From positions 355,981 to 419,980 of the forward strand of contig MU006098.1 in assembly GCA_010093705.1 (NCBI GenBank): DNA of 64,000 nucleotides. Direction: 5' to 3'. This stretch comes from Patellaria atrata CBS 101060 (lineage: Eukaryota). The notes beneath the pieces are model-generated. The model saw nothing but the letters and a program-made list of their open reading frames with translations, did not search any database and had not been told where the DNA came from. Every line of letters starts with the position of its first letter. Position 1 is the first letter of the stretch. The translations under genes were made by a program, and so were the position numbers. Shown piece after piece: positions 10,670 to 23,199 of this stretch.

Positions 10670-13600
10670 CGTGATTGCAAGGAGTGAGGAATTTGGGGAA
10701 AATTGTGATTCGTTGAGACAGAGTAAGCTTTGCGAGCGTGGTTTCCAGCTAGCTGAGAAACCGAAGTCAGTATGATGCCTAAGGTGCTAAAGTGAACCAA
10801 ATCAGATTGATAGAAGAGTGTTATGGTACAAAATGCAAATTTTCTCAGTAGCTTTGCTGGTCATGAGAGGAGCGAAGGATTGCAGAGATTCATTAAGTGC
10901 TACTGCATATTCCTGGTGTGAGTACCAAGCTAGTACAAAGCTCAACGAAGTGTTATAGGGAAATACTGATGAGGAGAATGAAGGAGTACAGGGCTTAATG
11001 ACGTGCTACTTAGTATTGACGATGAGAGGAGCGGAAGGTTGTAAAGGTGGTTGAAATTTTGTCTGTTTTGATGACGAGAGGAGCGAAGGAGTAGAGCGTC
11101 AATGATGTGATGCCAAAAGAGAACTTACTTCTGAATAAATGTCTCTGGCGACGTAGATGACGTTGTAGAAAGGAAGCTAAGAAAAAGGAAGGGTGGGCGA
11201 ATGTGTTGATATATTTCTTAGCCGGTGGAGCGTGCGTTTGATTTGGACCAATGGACCAATGGGGCAAGGGTGATAAGGAAGGTGACAGGAAGTAAAGAAG
11301 TGGTAGATTAGCTTCATGTAATCCAGTAGTTAGATAGTTTAAGCTTCCGAAGTGAAGTGGTGGTGATTCTGGTAATCAACGGCAGTCTTTCTTCCAAGAC
11401 TAGTATGCCATCATTATAGCTTAACCTACGTAGATCTGCTTAATGTATATGTTGTGTTGGTAAACTTTGAGGCTAGCAATCGCATATCGTATCTCGCTCT
11501 TGTCTGCCGTTTAAACTTGTATTGTGCTCATAGAATGTTCCTATTAGAGTTAAGCACTCATTGCACCCCAATTTCATCTCAGATCAAGGCTAAACAACTT
11601 GACTTTGCGCGAGGAAGAACTTTTATATCCTTAGGAACTAGTTTTATGTCCTAGTCGGCGCCCTGTTTCAGCTCTGGTTATGGCTATAGCTCTCAATACA
11701 TCAATTCGACCCCCCACGAAGATTCTTACAGCGTGCAGTGAAGATATAAACCGTTAGATCCCTGAAAGAACGCGAAAAGTTTCGTATCCGCATTAAAGCT
11801 GTAGGAGGATATTCAGCGCGGGTGGGCGGACACCACATTTCAGGTCGTGGTTCACCCAAGCCACGAACAACCTGTTCGAGATCTCACTCAACACGACAGT
11901 ATCAGCTATTCTAGGGACATTGGAGATTACGGGGTCCATCTCACTGAGTTTTTCTACGGCAACCTCTATTGAGACTAACGATATCTGACGCTCCAGAGTC
12001 TTGCCGCGCACGCCATTCGGCCCCAGAAGGAGATCTTTTGAAAGGTTACAACCCCATTCTCGAAGACGGCAGCACCATACTCCGGCATTAGAAATGATAG
12101 AGTAAAGCTGCTGGTATTATAGCATAGGTACAGCGGCTGATAACAACAATGTTGACATACGACCCACAAGACGCGAGGCAGTTCCTAAGGCAACATCTCA
12201 CCGAGCCAATAGGCTCTAGAAGCGATGAAGGATCTCAAGCCAACGGCGAAGAGACCTTAGACAACGCAAAATTAGGACCTTAATGTCTTGAAGTCACCGA
12301 CTCGTAGCGTCTCGACTGCAATCAGGCTGAATATAGATAGCGACCGACACGCGCTCTCTTCACACCGATTATCCATGCTACTCAAAGCCCTACTAGGAAT
12401 ATCTACGCTAGATCAGGTGGTGACGGTCCTATACCCATGTATTTAAGATTGCGTGCCAGAGGGTCCCCTCGAAATATGAACGAGCTATTTGTGATAACGA
12501 TTTCGATGCTTTGTTGTTACCGAAAAGGTCTGTCGATAAGCCTGGGTACTTTATAGCCATTAGGGAGCTGATGACCACTCGCAGTAATTTGTGGGAGCAT
12601 CTATCTCTACCACATCGATACCAACAAGATCGTTCCTCAACCATACAGCTGTTTCACGCCGTGCCGAATAGAACAGTGAGCTTATGCTCACATTGCGTAC
12701 GATATCAGGTAGCCTTTGCAGATAATTATGAGAGGAGCAATGAGCGCCTGTCTAATTGCGTCTCAATGAATTTGGCCTAGGATCGACTAAGAGCTCTGCG
12801 GAGTAATTGGACGTCCAAGTCTTGGACCTAATGGGAAATCACCCAAGTTAAGGATAACATAACATACGTCAAAGGACGTTGTGTGAGCCAATATGCTGCA
12901 CAGTATTGACAAGATATCCCTTGTTAGGACAATCTTCGCCCCGCGTATGTGCGCTTATATTTTAGTATAGAGCTGATGTTGAAGTGATAGTAGTCGAGGT
13001 CTCACAAGGAGGTAGTTTGACCTTATTCCAGTAGGTGAGAAGCAGGCATCAGCGACCGTGAAACCCCGGCCATGATGAAGGACGAGATACCAACGGCCTC
13101 GCCGAAAGACGGTCGAGGAGTGGCTACCGTTTGGGACATATCCTAGAGTGATGACAGGCCACCAACCGCATAATGCATGGTGAGGGATGGTGGCCTTCAC
13201 TATCTTCTGACTGGTGATCAGGACTCTCCGTTATAGCTCAACTTTTGTATGCTAACGTTCAACTCGAAGCTGTTGGAATCGGCAGGTGTGGTTCAGTATT
13301 GTTTTAGAATGATTGACCTAATATAATAAATAAGGTATAACGACAGGCGCATATGTTCAAAGTGATCTCAATCTTCGTAAGTCTTTGTTTCATGTACCCA
13401 GATTGAAGCGTCGATGAGAAAAGACAGGTGACTGTTGTTGGAGCACCTCCGCAGAACGCAACAGATCAGATTCGGTCCCCGGCTTCGAGCCCTCGCGCAC
13501 GATAAGATTTCAGGACCGACACATTTGAGTTGAGAGCAAGACCAATATCCATAGTTACCAAATCCTTCGTATACATTGTGCTTCCCTGTAGCGCTTAGTC

Positions 13601-16600
13601 AAGCACCCCTAGCTTGTGCTACTCGAATCACAAAGAGAATCGTAAGCCCTCTCCGCCTGTTGCCAACATGACACAACATAGAATTAAGAGTTGGAGCGAG
13701 ATTCTAGAGCATTGAAATAACCCCTAACCGGAAAGAACCAGAGGAAGGAGAAGAATAATGAGATGAATGAATTGAGAGAAGAGAGAGTAGCCATGAACGA
13801 AAGGAAGTAGAAAGGAATAACACTCAGATGAGCGCAGCTCCTAGATTAGGATGGCAACAATGAAAAAAAGAGGAATAGAGACTAGAAGAACAAGAGCTAT
13901 TGTAAAGAATTAAGACTGACTGGAGGCAATAGCAGCAAAACATAAGCTAGAAAGTATATCAGTAACTGAAAAGCATGGACTAGACAGAATATCATCAACG
14001 CGGAAAATCAGGGAGCAGAGTAGAACGGAATGCTTGGTATTGGCCGGAAATGGAATGGAAAAATGCAACGGAGATAAAAAGTGGTTCAAGAAGGAATAAA
14101 GAGGAGTCAGACGATAATGTTAAAGAACGTTCGGAATGATACAAGAGAAAGTCATATGGACTAAAGCAGTAAAGCAACTGGGACACTTTTAGTGTCAAAA
14201 TGGCGGCAACTATTGACGTATTTGGAACCTTGAAACGTGAGGATGAGATGAAATCCAGCGAAGCGCTCACAGGAGATACGACACCTGAAGGAGAAAAATG
14301 AGTAACACGCTCATTATCGACTCAATTGACGTGAGGAACGGATTCGGGCGAGTCTCTTGTTGCACAGAACGTTAGAAAGTAGGTAAAACGCCAAATAAAT
14401 GCTCTTACTAATGTGACAAATTTGCAACGAACGAAAAGGAATAGAGAGGACTGCTAAAGAGGCCGAGAGACCGGAAGTAATACGAGACGGAAAATCAACG
14501 ACTATCGAGACTTTAAGTACGCGGACGAGATTTGATTTCAGTATTATATTCGAAGTTGAAATGACGGGACAATATAGACCGAAAGAAAGTGTACAAACAT
14601 GGACCCTTAAGACGCAAGGCGCTTGGAGGAATAAACACAGGACTAGAAACTGAACTCAATATTGGAAGAAACCGACAGCATTGAACGCAGAGCTAAGATG
14701 GCTGAAGGAAAGGTCGAAACATTGGCCGTCTCAAACACGCGAGAGAAAGATGAAAGGAAAATACGTCACATCCGAAGTAAAGAGCTATGGTTAAGCTGTA
14801 GAGAGTCAAATGTATCATGGAAGCGTAAAGAGATTTAGCTGAGTTTCAAGCAGAGACTCGTATCCATGACGAGGCTATGCGACCATGACCATTTCGTTTC
14901 CCTCTCCAACGCCTACCATTATGTTCCCTGGAGGTTGCTGCAAGGAGTCCAATCCACCGCAATGAATGTACTAGAGCCCAATGTATATCCAGCTTTTCAG
15001 GTACTATCCATCTGATCTAAAATGCTGATCCTCTACAACCGTGCGGAAAACGGAATACAATCATCAACTCGGTTTGGTGTAGGTGTGGCCTGAAAATTTG
15101 GCCCGCGGAGGTGAGACACCATCAAACATATTCAAAAGCGTCTGATACTGTTCATTTTCGGGGAAGCAATTCCCGTTCTAGCCGTAAGCTATGATGTTGA
15201 GTGAAAAGGTTCTTCGGCTTAGGGAGGAATCGGTTTGCTGTCTTGGTAAAGAACCCGTCGCTTCAGCAAGAGCTTCCACGGACTTGATACCATTGTGCAC
15301 ATAAGACGAGCGCGGTGGGGCTTTGCTCGATATCATTGTAAGCTGTGATATTGAGTTATACACCTCTCTGACATCGATAAAGGGGATTGGGTTGTCATCG
15401 CGGTAGAGATGCTTCGCTCCACCGACAGCTCCGGCATACCCTCTGCAATTCTGCGGACGCGATGGGCATGTCTCAACCTCTAATAAGGATCGTATGAGGC
15501 TAAATACTCGTATACAAATCTCATAAGCGTGTTGTCATGCTGTGTGTGGTGGATGTGATGCTGTGGTCGTCGATTTAGTGTTGCTAGTGGAAAAAATTTC
15601 GTCCGGGCCTTGGGCTCCTGGACGATGGAGGAGGACCAAGGCCTTAATTGCCGATAACATCAACCAATCCTCATCATTGTCTGCTCATTCTACAACTATG
15701 AATGTTGTAGCAACGTGATGTGATGGAGGCTGTGCATATCATCATAGCATAAGTCTGTAGTCCGATATGTGGTGCTCAACTTGTTGCGGCAGCTCTTGCT
15801 AGCGGTGACCGCCCGAGCAAACAACTCGTTCCTTAACGCGCCACGATCAAGCAGACGGGACCTTCTGTTGAAATCACCAGAGTGAATAATATTCATACCC
15901 TGTTTCATTTCGCCTAGTTTGATACCTAATACCCAGTCTAGTTGGCGAGGGTATGGGAAAAGATCAGAGGGGATTGCGGTGTACGAAAAGTTACCCAGCT
16001 CTCAGGCCATAGTTTCAAAAGTCTCGCCTTCTTGATATGATACCAGTAATACCGTAGTGGCTCGGCTTCTGTTCTAATGATTGAATAGGTAAACTCTTAA
16101 GGAGCGCCGGGTATCATATCAATCAGCGACCCGACGCCGCATGGTCAAGATACTAGTAACTCGGCTTCCCGGGAATTCATACAGTTACAGCGGGTGACAA
16201 TCTCAGTCAGGTGATAGCTTCGATAAGGGCTTTGCTCGGCATAACAGATATCTAAGATTATTCATTCGAATTAGCTAGGTCTACACTTCTTCACTAATAA
16301 CCAGATTCACCCAAGCAAGAGAGGGACAGATCTAGCTACCAAACGTACAACAGTTTCAACCACCGCAGATACTATACGCCCCTGCCATATCACGGATTGA
16401 CAATTCTCAAGCAGTATAATGTGGCAACCTCTGTCATAATACCTATTATCAGCTACATTGAACATTAACGAATCCACTCCGGCATCACCGAAGCTTACTA
16501 CGTAAACTACGTTTCAGAATGCACCAACGACCTTTGACACACAGGTTCATATTCTCCAAGTCCCTTTTAGTGGGCCACGGAACTTGCAACATTACACAGA

Positions 16601-17374
16601 TCTCTGCGTCAGCTTTCAATGGGATTGAGCATTACAATTACAGCTAACTGTTCAGTTGATGGCGTGGATCTGCATAACCCGTTGTGGAGAGGCAGCTACC
16701 AGTCACCCTTCCAAAAAACGACTCGGGTTACAACATGAAGGTAAAACACAAGGAAAAAAGTCTCACGGTGTCGTATCTTTTGCTGTGCTAAATTGGGGTA
16801 CGTATATCTTACGAATGGAGATGGGTCCACTGAGCCAGAAGCTGTGCCCAGGTAAAGGGATGAGGCAGGTCAAGATTGAAAATATTAAAGCGCAAGACTG
16901 ATGTAATGACTGCCCTAGATTTACAGGTTAACAAGTGCGACTAACGTATTGAATACCTATAAAAGCTTTTACGTTTCACAGGAAGCTTGAAGAACACTAG
17001 GATATATCAAAAATGTTCGTCCTCAGTATTTGGGTGATATTAGGAGGTATTTTCTCTCCTTCGCAACAGTACGGTTTCCCCGTAGAAAGACTGACCGAGG
17101 AGACACATATGTGAGATCTTCTACAAACTTAGACAACAACTAAATATAGTCTCCTATTTTGCAAACCCTCATCTGGCTTCCTTCCGAGATCTCGCCTAGA
17201 AGGGCAGAATATAAGGTAAATATGAAAAGATCTCTAGTCGTGAAGTATAATTGAACCTCTTCGCGACAAGCGGTCAAACTCATAATATCCTGCTCCAGCA
17301 GCTACCTGTATTACTCTTATCTCCCCAAAACTTCAATCGTAAGGTAAGATAGAATTTCAACTCTACACTAAACT

Positions 17375-17758
17375 TCATTCCCTGTCACAACCCTCATCAA
17401 TTCCTCCTAGCCTGTCCCCGTACGTTGCGTCTTCCCAACACTCAACCGCAACCACCTTATCATTCCACTGAACCGCCTTAATATTTGTAACCCGCAGGAT
17501 GGGCGACTGAAGTATGAATGTGCAAGAGCCGCGCGCTCCTTGCCAGCTATACTTATCGTAGAGCAGGCAGGCGTATCCCTCGTCGATCCAAATGGTACTC
17601 GCAGCTCGCGGGTGCTCGAGAATATGGACTTGGTGATTTTTGATCAAAGACGTTTCTTGCCAACCGCCGTAGTGATCATGTTGCCAGAACTTGACGTAAA
17701 CTGCGGAGGTGAGAGGAAGGATGAGAAAAAGATAGATTAGGGTGAGAAGAATTAGCAT
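17375..17758 (-). CDS. Small secreted beta/gamma-crystallin-like protein A (127 aa)
   Basis: ATG at 17758 (CAAC-ATG context), signal peptide MLILLTLIYLFLILPLTSA, Greek-key-like WQHDHYGG and YDKYSWQG, C-terminal WNDKVVAVEC. Confidence 0.8.
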   Translation of the reverse strand: MLILLTLIYLFLILPLTSAVYVKFWQHDHYGGWQETSLIKNHQVHILEHPRAASTIWIDEGYACLLYDKYSWQGARGSCTFILQSPILRVTNIKAVQWNDKVVAVECWEDATYGDRLGGIDEGCDRE

Positions 17759-19244
17759 GTTGATATTTTTCAAGTAATTTGTTGACTGAGTTTAGGATTA
17801 TGTCTGACGAAGATTGTTCCAGATCCGATAAGTTGGAGTTGTGTACGCCACTGTGCATTCCTTTGTTGGCACTTCCCAGTCCCATACGGTAATATCAAGC
17901 TACTGTCGATTTAATGACCTCGGAGTCTTGCGGTCCTGAAACAACAATTTGGAACATATCTTCTCCTAGGGATACAACACACCAGAGATCCCACGACAGG
18001 AAAAGATCGTATGTTGCGGATCTTTAGTTGGGACTTCCGCGCTCACCCTTACGTCGTTATCAATTGACAAATACAAGGCCACAGCATATAAAAGCCACAT
18101 AGAGTTTCTCATAGACTTCTTCAAACTGTTCATTTTTTTAATACTAGTTTCTTCGTTCCCGAGCTTTTATCTTTCAAAAGGTTCTCTCTTTACCACACTT
18201 CGCCATTTACCAGATATCCGAGCAACTCAATATCCCCAAGTTTGCAATTATCACGAACATCAAATAATTCTCTTACTAAACTCCAATCTGATATACAACC
18301 AAGAAAATGACTTCAAGGTATCCTTACCCAAATCCGCCTCCTACTCCTCCCATTCATTGCCGTTCAGTCCCTACTTTCAGAACAGTCTGATCTCATTCGT
18401 CTAACCAGACTATATCAGTATATCCTTCCCGAGAGTAGGGCTTTCGACTCTTGAGTGAGCTAAGGAACACCATGGCCGGGGGAGAGATTATGGCTGCAGG
18501 CTTCGAATAAATGCGCGTGTCATGACAGCAGAGAAGTCAGCGGTGATTGTATTTGTTGGGGTCATTCGACATTCTTGTGATGATTGAAAATATTTTAATG
18601 ACCTGCGCTGCTGATTCCTCCATACTGGTTCTGTTCATAAGTTGTCGACCTCGCAATGAAGAGTCAAAGGGTGCATTGACAGTAAAGGGAGTAGGAAAGG
18701 TGTGACTACAGGCGAAGGGAGACCCCCCGACTCATACAATAGCATCTTGCACATTGGTGTGTTATTTCTTTGCCGATTGAGCATCAAAGCTTAATGGGTG
18801 CTACGCTCACGCTTATTCTGTCATGCATCAGTTATCCTTTGAACGTTGAGTCATACAAGCATGACCACAGAGACGATGTGACAATGCCCTTCGATCCCAA
18901 TATAAATCTGTTCTTTTTCATGTATTATTTTTTCTTTATTCAAATAACCTTCTTTCCAGAACTTAGACATATGAAATATCTACAATTCCAATATGCTTGA
19001 AATCTAATTTCGCTCACCAACCTCAATCAACCTCCTTAGAACATAAAAATCAGATCAACAACTACGATGCACTCTATTGTTACGGGTTAGACCCGATAGG
19101 TATAAGTGCCTTGGATGATCCAGCGGCTTAGTCATACTGTACTTTAGTAGAACAGCATAGGCTGTCCCAACACTTTCTTTCTTTAAGTTTAAGCTTCATG
19201 TACATATAGCAATATACCTTTCAGCTTCCATCTGAGGTTGAGCC

Positions 19245-19610
19245 ATAACATCTATTCTCTCCACTCTCTCCCTCCTCCTTCTACTCGCACAAGCTCCTCT
19301 CACCACCACTGAACCTGAGCCTCGGAATATCCTCGAGATTTTTAAGGACGCCAACTTCAAGAGCCATAGAGAAGTGATCGAAGTCCCCACTGGGGTTCCA
19401 CGACAAGTCGACCATCCGAACAGAGCGAGCTCCCTCAAACTTACAACGGGATTCGGTTGCCTGCGTTTCGATGAGTGGGGTTACTATGCGGGACCAAATA
19501 ATGCGCACAGCATTGTTATTAAGAGAAATAATGGAAGTATCAGCAACCTGAAGACCATAGGATGGAATGACAGAATTGGGGCCGTGTCTTGCTTCCAGGA
19601 CTCGAGTTAA
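19245..19610 (+). pseudogene. Small secreted beta/gamma-crystallin-like protein B; start codon is ATA (pseudogene or non-AUG start)
   Basis: GCC-ATA-ACA at 19245 opens an uninterrupted frame: signal peptide TSILSTLSLLLLLAQA, FKDANFKS, RASSLK, NLKTIGWNDRIGAVSC. An in-frame TGA at 19239 excludes an upstream ATG. Confidence 0.75.
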
Positions 19611-19975
19611 GAATGTCTTTAGTGCTCGGGCGTAGGATATTACTGCTGTGGTCCTGGTGTAGGAGTCATGGGTTTGATTCTTTCTTTGTAGCAGATACTG
19701 TTAGACGGACAAATATAAATATCAATCATGCTTCTGCAAATACTTGAGTGACCTGCAGCTTGGTAAATTGAGAAAAAGTTAAGAATCTAAGGAATTTTAA
19801 GGAGAACACTAGATCACTTGTCTGCATCGTCATAATCCTTATGTTTTACTCACAAAGTATCCCCGTCTACACCACGTGAGACTCCCGCGCAGATTATGTC
19901 AGTAATTGTTCAAACAAAATCCCTTCATTAAACAAGCACCTTATAAGTACTCAAACCCTGATCACTTTCAATTCT

Positions 19976-20159
19976 GGCGGCAATAGCTGAGCGGTGGCAT
20001 TTCCTTTGTCATATTTCCTTCAGTCAATTTCCTATCAGTCAAATTTCTAAGTCTTAAGTTCGAGCCCCGGCTCCGCCAGAATATAAAGTTAAATGCGTTC
20101 GCCGGGTTAACTTTCCCTCTTCGGAGGTTTTCTTTTGCATTTTTTTTCTCTTTTTTTTT
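19976..20159 (+). ncRNA. Candidate Pol III unit 1: degenerate tRNA-like head plus hairpins and oligo(T)
   Basis: TATAAG 19942; A box TAGCTGAGCGG 19984; B box GTTCGAGCC 20058; GGCGG(19976)/CCGCC-A(20073-20078) acceptor-like pairing; stem AAAGTTAA/TTAACTTT; CCTC-TTCG-GAGG 20116-20127; T8 at 20140 and T9 at 20151. Confidence 0.55.
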
Positions 20160-20492
20160 AAAAAAAAATTCCTCTAAGGTTCTAGGTGTGAAAAGAGGTG
20201 ATAGGGAAGGATAAAAGAGAAAGATCTCATGGACACGTATGAAAACACGTTTATGAGTGCTATGTCACCACACGCTTTGTGAGTTTGTTGAAGCCCATCA
20301 AGATCAGGAATCACTCTTTTGCCACGTCAGAAGCTGTCATAAAAGTGCTATATAACTCTAAAATAAACCCGCATCACCATTAGAGACCTCATAAGAAACC
20401 GAATCCTTCTATCAAGTAACACTTTATCCCTAAACTGTATTCCGAAACATCTACTTATTCAAAACCATAACAACACCACAACCAAGTTCAAC

Positions 20493-20840
20493 ATGAAACT
20501 TCTATTCACTCTCCTCCCACTCCTCCTCTCAACTCCCGTCCTCTCATGGCGCCTGCGCATCTGGACCGGGACCTCCTACCGCGGGCGCGTCCAAACAATC
20601 ACCGATCGAGACATGGTCCAATTCAGCTGCACACCGCTCTCGTCCAACAAGGGCAAGTCACTCAAAATAGACGTCGGAATGTATTGCTATATGCATGAGA
20701 ACAGTGACTGCAAAGGAAATAAGATATTGGTGAGGGGTGGGGAGGAAATAAAGGTTTTAAAGCGGTATGGGTTAGAGAATAAGATTAGCGCGGTGTGGTG
20801 TTGGGGACATTCGACGGAGTGGCAAGACTATCCGCGCTAG
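20493..20840 (+). CDS. Small secreted beta/gamma-crystallin-like protein C (115 aa)
   Basis: TATA at about 20350, CAAC-ATG, signal peptide MKLLFTLLPLLLSTPVLS, WTGTSYRG, KSLKI, HENSDCKG, ENKISAVWC. Confidence 0.85.
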   Translation: MKLLFTLLPLLLSTPVLSWRLRIWTGTSYRGRVQTITDRDMVQFSCTPLSSNKGKSLKIDVGMYCYMHENSDCKGNKILVRGGEEIKVLKRYGLENKISAVWCWGHSTEWQDYPR

Positions 20841-20996
20841 GCGAGATGTGAGGAGACAGGAATACGAGTTAGGGGTTGAAAGTTGAGTTATGGTGACTGG
20901 TTACCGTACCCAGATAATTCTCGACAAATGGAAGGTGTGTAAGAGATTGGACATCTATGGAAACGAAATAGTAACTTGTATACCAATGTAGCTGCT

Positions 20997-23199
20997 TTAG
21001 TTCATTAACTTCCCAAATCCTTTACTCTGCTCACCTTCTCTCCAGCGGACGCGTTTCTTCCACTCCTCCACAACTCCATTCCACTCAGTCACTCCATACG
21101 GCGCCACCCACTCCCCCACTCCTCCTTTTCTCCACCTCTGAAGTCCCAGATCACCCTCTAACAAATCAAAGTACGGGACTGCATCAAGTACTAAATCTGG
21201 GACCGCCTTTTCCTTCTCGGGAAACCTATACTTCTCAAACCTCGCATACAACACCGCGTTATACCTGATAGCGTCAAATTGAGGCGGGGATGGTGACGGA
21301 ATTGGGTTGAGTCTGTCGGAGAAGTACGCCGCGATCCACAGGGCCTGGAGCTCGGCGCAGACGGCGGTGCGGAGGTTTAGGAGAGCGCCGGCGAAGGCGA
21401 TGGTACGTTTGGAGTAGTACGAGGGGGGAACAATAAAGCGATAGAGTGCGTAACCCTCCCATTTCTCGCTATACGAAGATGGTAAAGTCGTATGGTGAGC
21501 CGCAAGTAGTGGGAACCGCCGTTCGATTTCCCTATCTGCGCTTGCGATGATCGAAGCATCTTTCTCTACCTCATCCTTTGTGGCGATATGTGGGAGTCCT
21601 AACTTCACGTCCAGGCCTTCTGGGAGGAATTTGATTGCAGGGATTGGTGACCATCCAGTTGCGCAGATTAGAGCATCTGTTTCCAGTGCCTCACTTGTAG
21701 AAAGATGAACGCAGCCCGCGGATAAATGAGTGATATCTGCAATATGCACCTTGATAATTCCGTTTCTGACGTACTCCAACGGATCCTCCCCGTAATTCTT
21801 AATTCCCAGCTCATTACCAGCAAACAACGCACTATGCCACGGCTTCAACTTCTTTGTCTCGGGATGTTTGTCAAACCCCATCAGTGCCACCGTGTCGGTC
21901 CCCAGTATCCAGAAGAACACTTTCACTATCATTACACCTAACCATGTCTGGTGCAAAAACCATCGGATGCCTGCGTACCCATCCGAGTCAAAGATACAAG
22001 GTGAAAGCCAGGTGGCAACCCGTGTGGAGACCAACTTCTCAAGTTGTCGTTTAAGCGGTGTTACGAACGCCGGAGCCATCCACCGCGGTCCGGCGCCTGA
22101 TGCACGGATGATCCAGTCAACGGGGATGCCGGTGGAGGCGTATTCATGCGCGACGTCCCAAGCGGACTTTCCACCGCCGAGCAGCGCGATCCTCTTCGTC
22201 TTCGCAGGATTCAAGGTTGCGGCGTTCTTCTTAAAGTCAACGGTGTGGAAGAGGGAACGGTCGAAGCTTTCGGAGCCTTTGAGTCGGGGTACGAAAGGGG
22301 TTGAAGTGAGACCGGTCGCAACGACGAGTTTAGAGGCTCTTAGAACTCTCTTTTCTCCCTCTCCTCCATCTGATTTAGTCTTGACATTGCATCCGATTCT
22401 CCACCCTCCGATCCCACTCTCAATCTCCCTCACCCACTCTACCCGCCATTCCAACCTGCACCTGCCCTTTTCCCTAAGTCCCCTCACCTCAGCATATTCC
22501 TCTAGATATGCCCCCATAATCTCCCCGGGCACATGCTCGCCTTCTTTCACCTTCAACCCCTGTCCCGCGACCACTTCTTTCAGCGGGAAATCCGGGAGTT
22601 CGTACATGCCGAGGAGATTATTAGTCCTAAGTCCAGGGTACAACCTATGGCGGGCCCAGACGCCGCCAACGTAAGGGGCGGCATCGATGATGGCGATATG
22701 AGAAGCGGGATGGAGCGTAAGGTGAGTAGAAGCAGCTGTAAGACCGCAGACGCCTAAGATGGTATTAGTGGATTTTGGGTAAGGTAATTGTAGGTTATGA
22801 AGTGAAGGGTTAGGGGGCCTGATATGCGTTCCGCATCGTCCCGAAACTGCCACACAATAAAGTGGTATACCGGTCTGATATACAGGAAGTAAGAAAACCA
22901 AAAAAAAATAAGTGGGGGGGGAAAAGATTTTATTGTACAGATATATAAAGTTGCGATATTGCGGTATGAACGGTCCTGCATTATGTTCGGCAGGCGTACA
23001 CAGGCCGAGCCTACCGAGGATGCTAACCGTGACTAGTACCGCGATATGCGAACTAAGAAAGGAACTAAATGGGAAGGATAGTGAAATAGTGAAAATAGCA
23101 GGAGTAGAGGTAGAAGAAAAGATCGCGTGACTTTAGGAGCCGAAAATAGGGTAGTTTACCTGCACCGATCACTACAAGATCGAGTTGTTCTTCCTCCAT
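20997..23199 (-). CDS. Flavin-containing monooxygenase (class B, FMO-like); exons 23199-23160 and 22753-20997
   Basis: Splicing GTAAAC..CACTAAT..TAG (intron 22754-23159) restores MEEEQLDLVVIGAGVCG (FAD GxGxxG). Also GGVW, LVVATG, FMO-like FDRSLFHTVDF and NADPH motif GGGKSAWD. Confidence 0.92.

Noticed and set aside
11700..13200. Possible decayed gene or transposon
   Set aside because: Frames are interrupted and I recognised no motif; needs a translated search.
17013..17114. 33-aa ORF MFVLSIWVILGG.. downstream of a TATA box
   Set aside because: Too short and no crystallin motifs, so not counted as a fourth cluster member.
18308..18460. ATG plus GT..CTAAC..AG intron-like segment within the crystallin cluster
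   Set aside because: The spliced product is only a few codons long, with no supporting motif.
21868..22674. 268-aa plus-strand ORF
   Set aside because: Antisense shadow of the FMO coding region. The same applies to other overlapping antisense ORFs such as 50067-50678.
22806..22815. CCCTAACCCT (minus strand) as a telomerase template or telomere seed
   Set aside because: A single short match inside an intron, explained as a CTAAC branch-like sequence or chance.
20997..23199. FMO as part of the terpene cluster
   Set aside because: Separated from it by two housekeeping genes (mL50 and Slk19-like).
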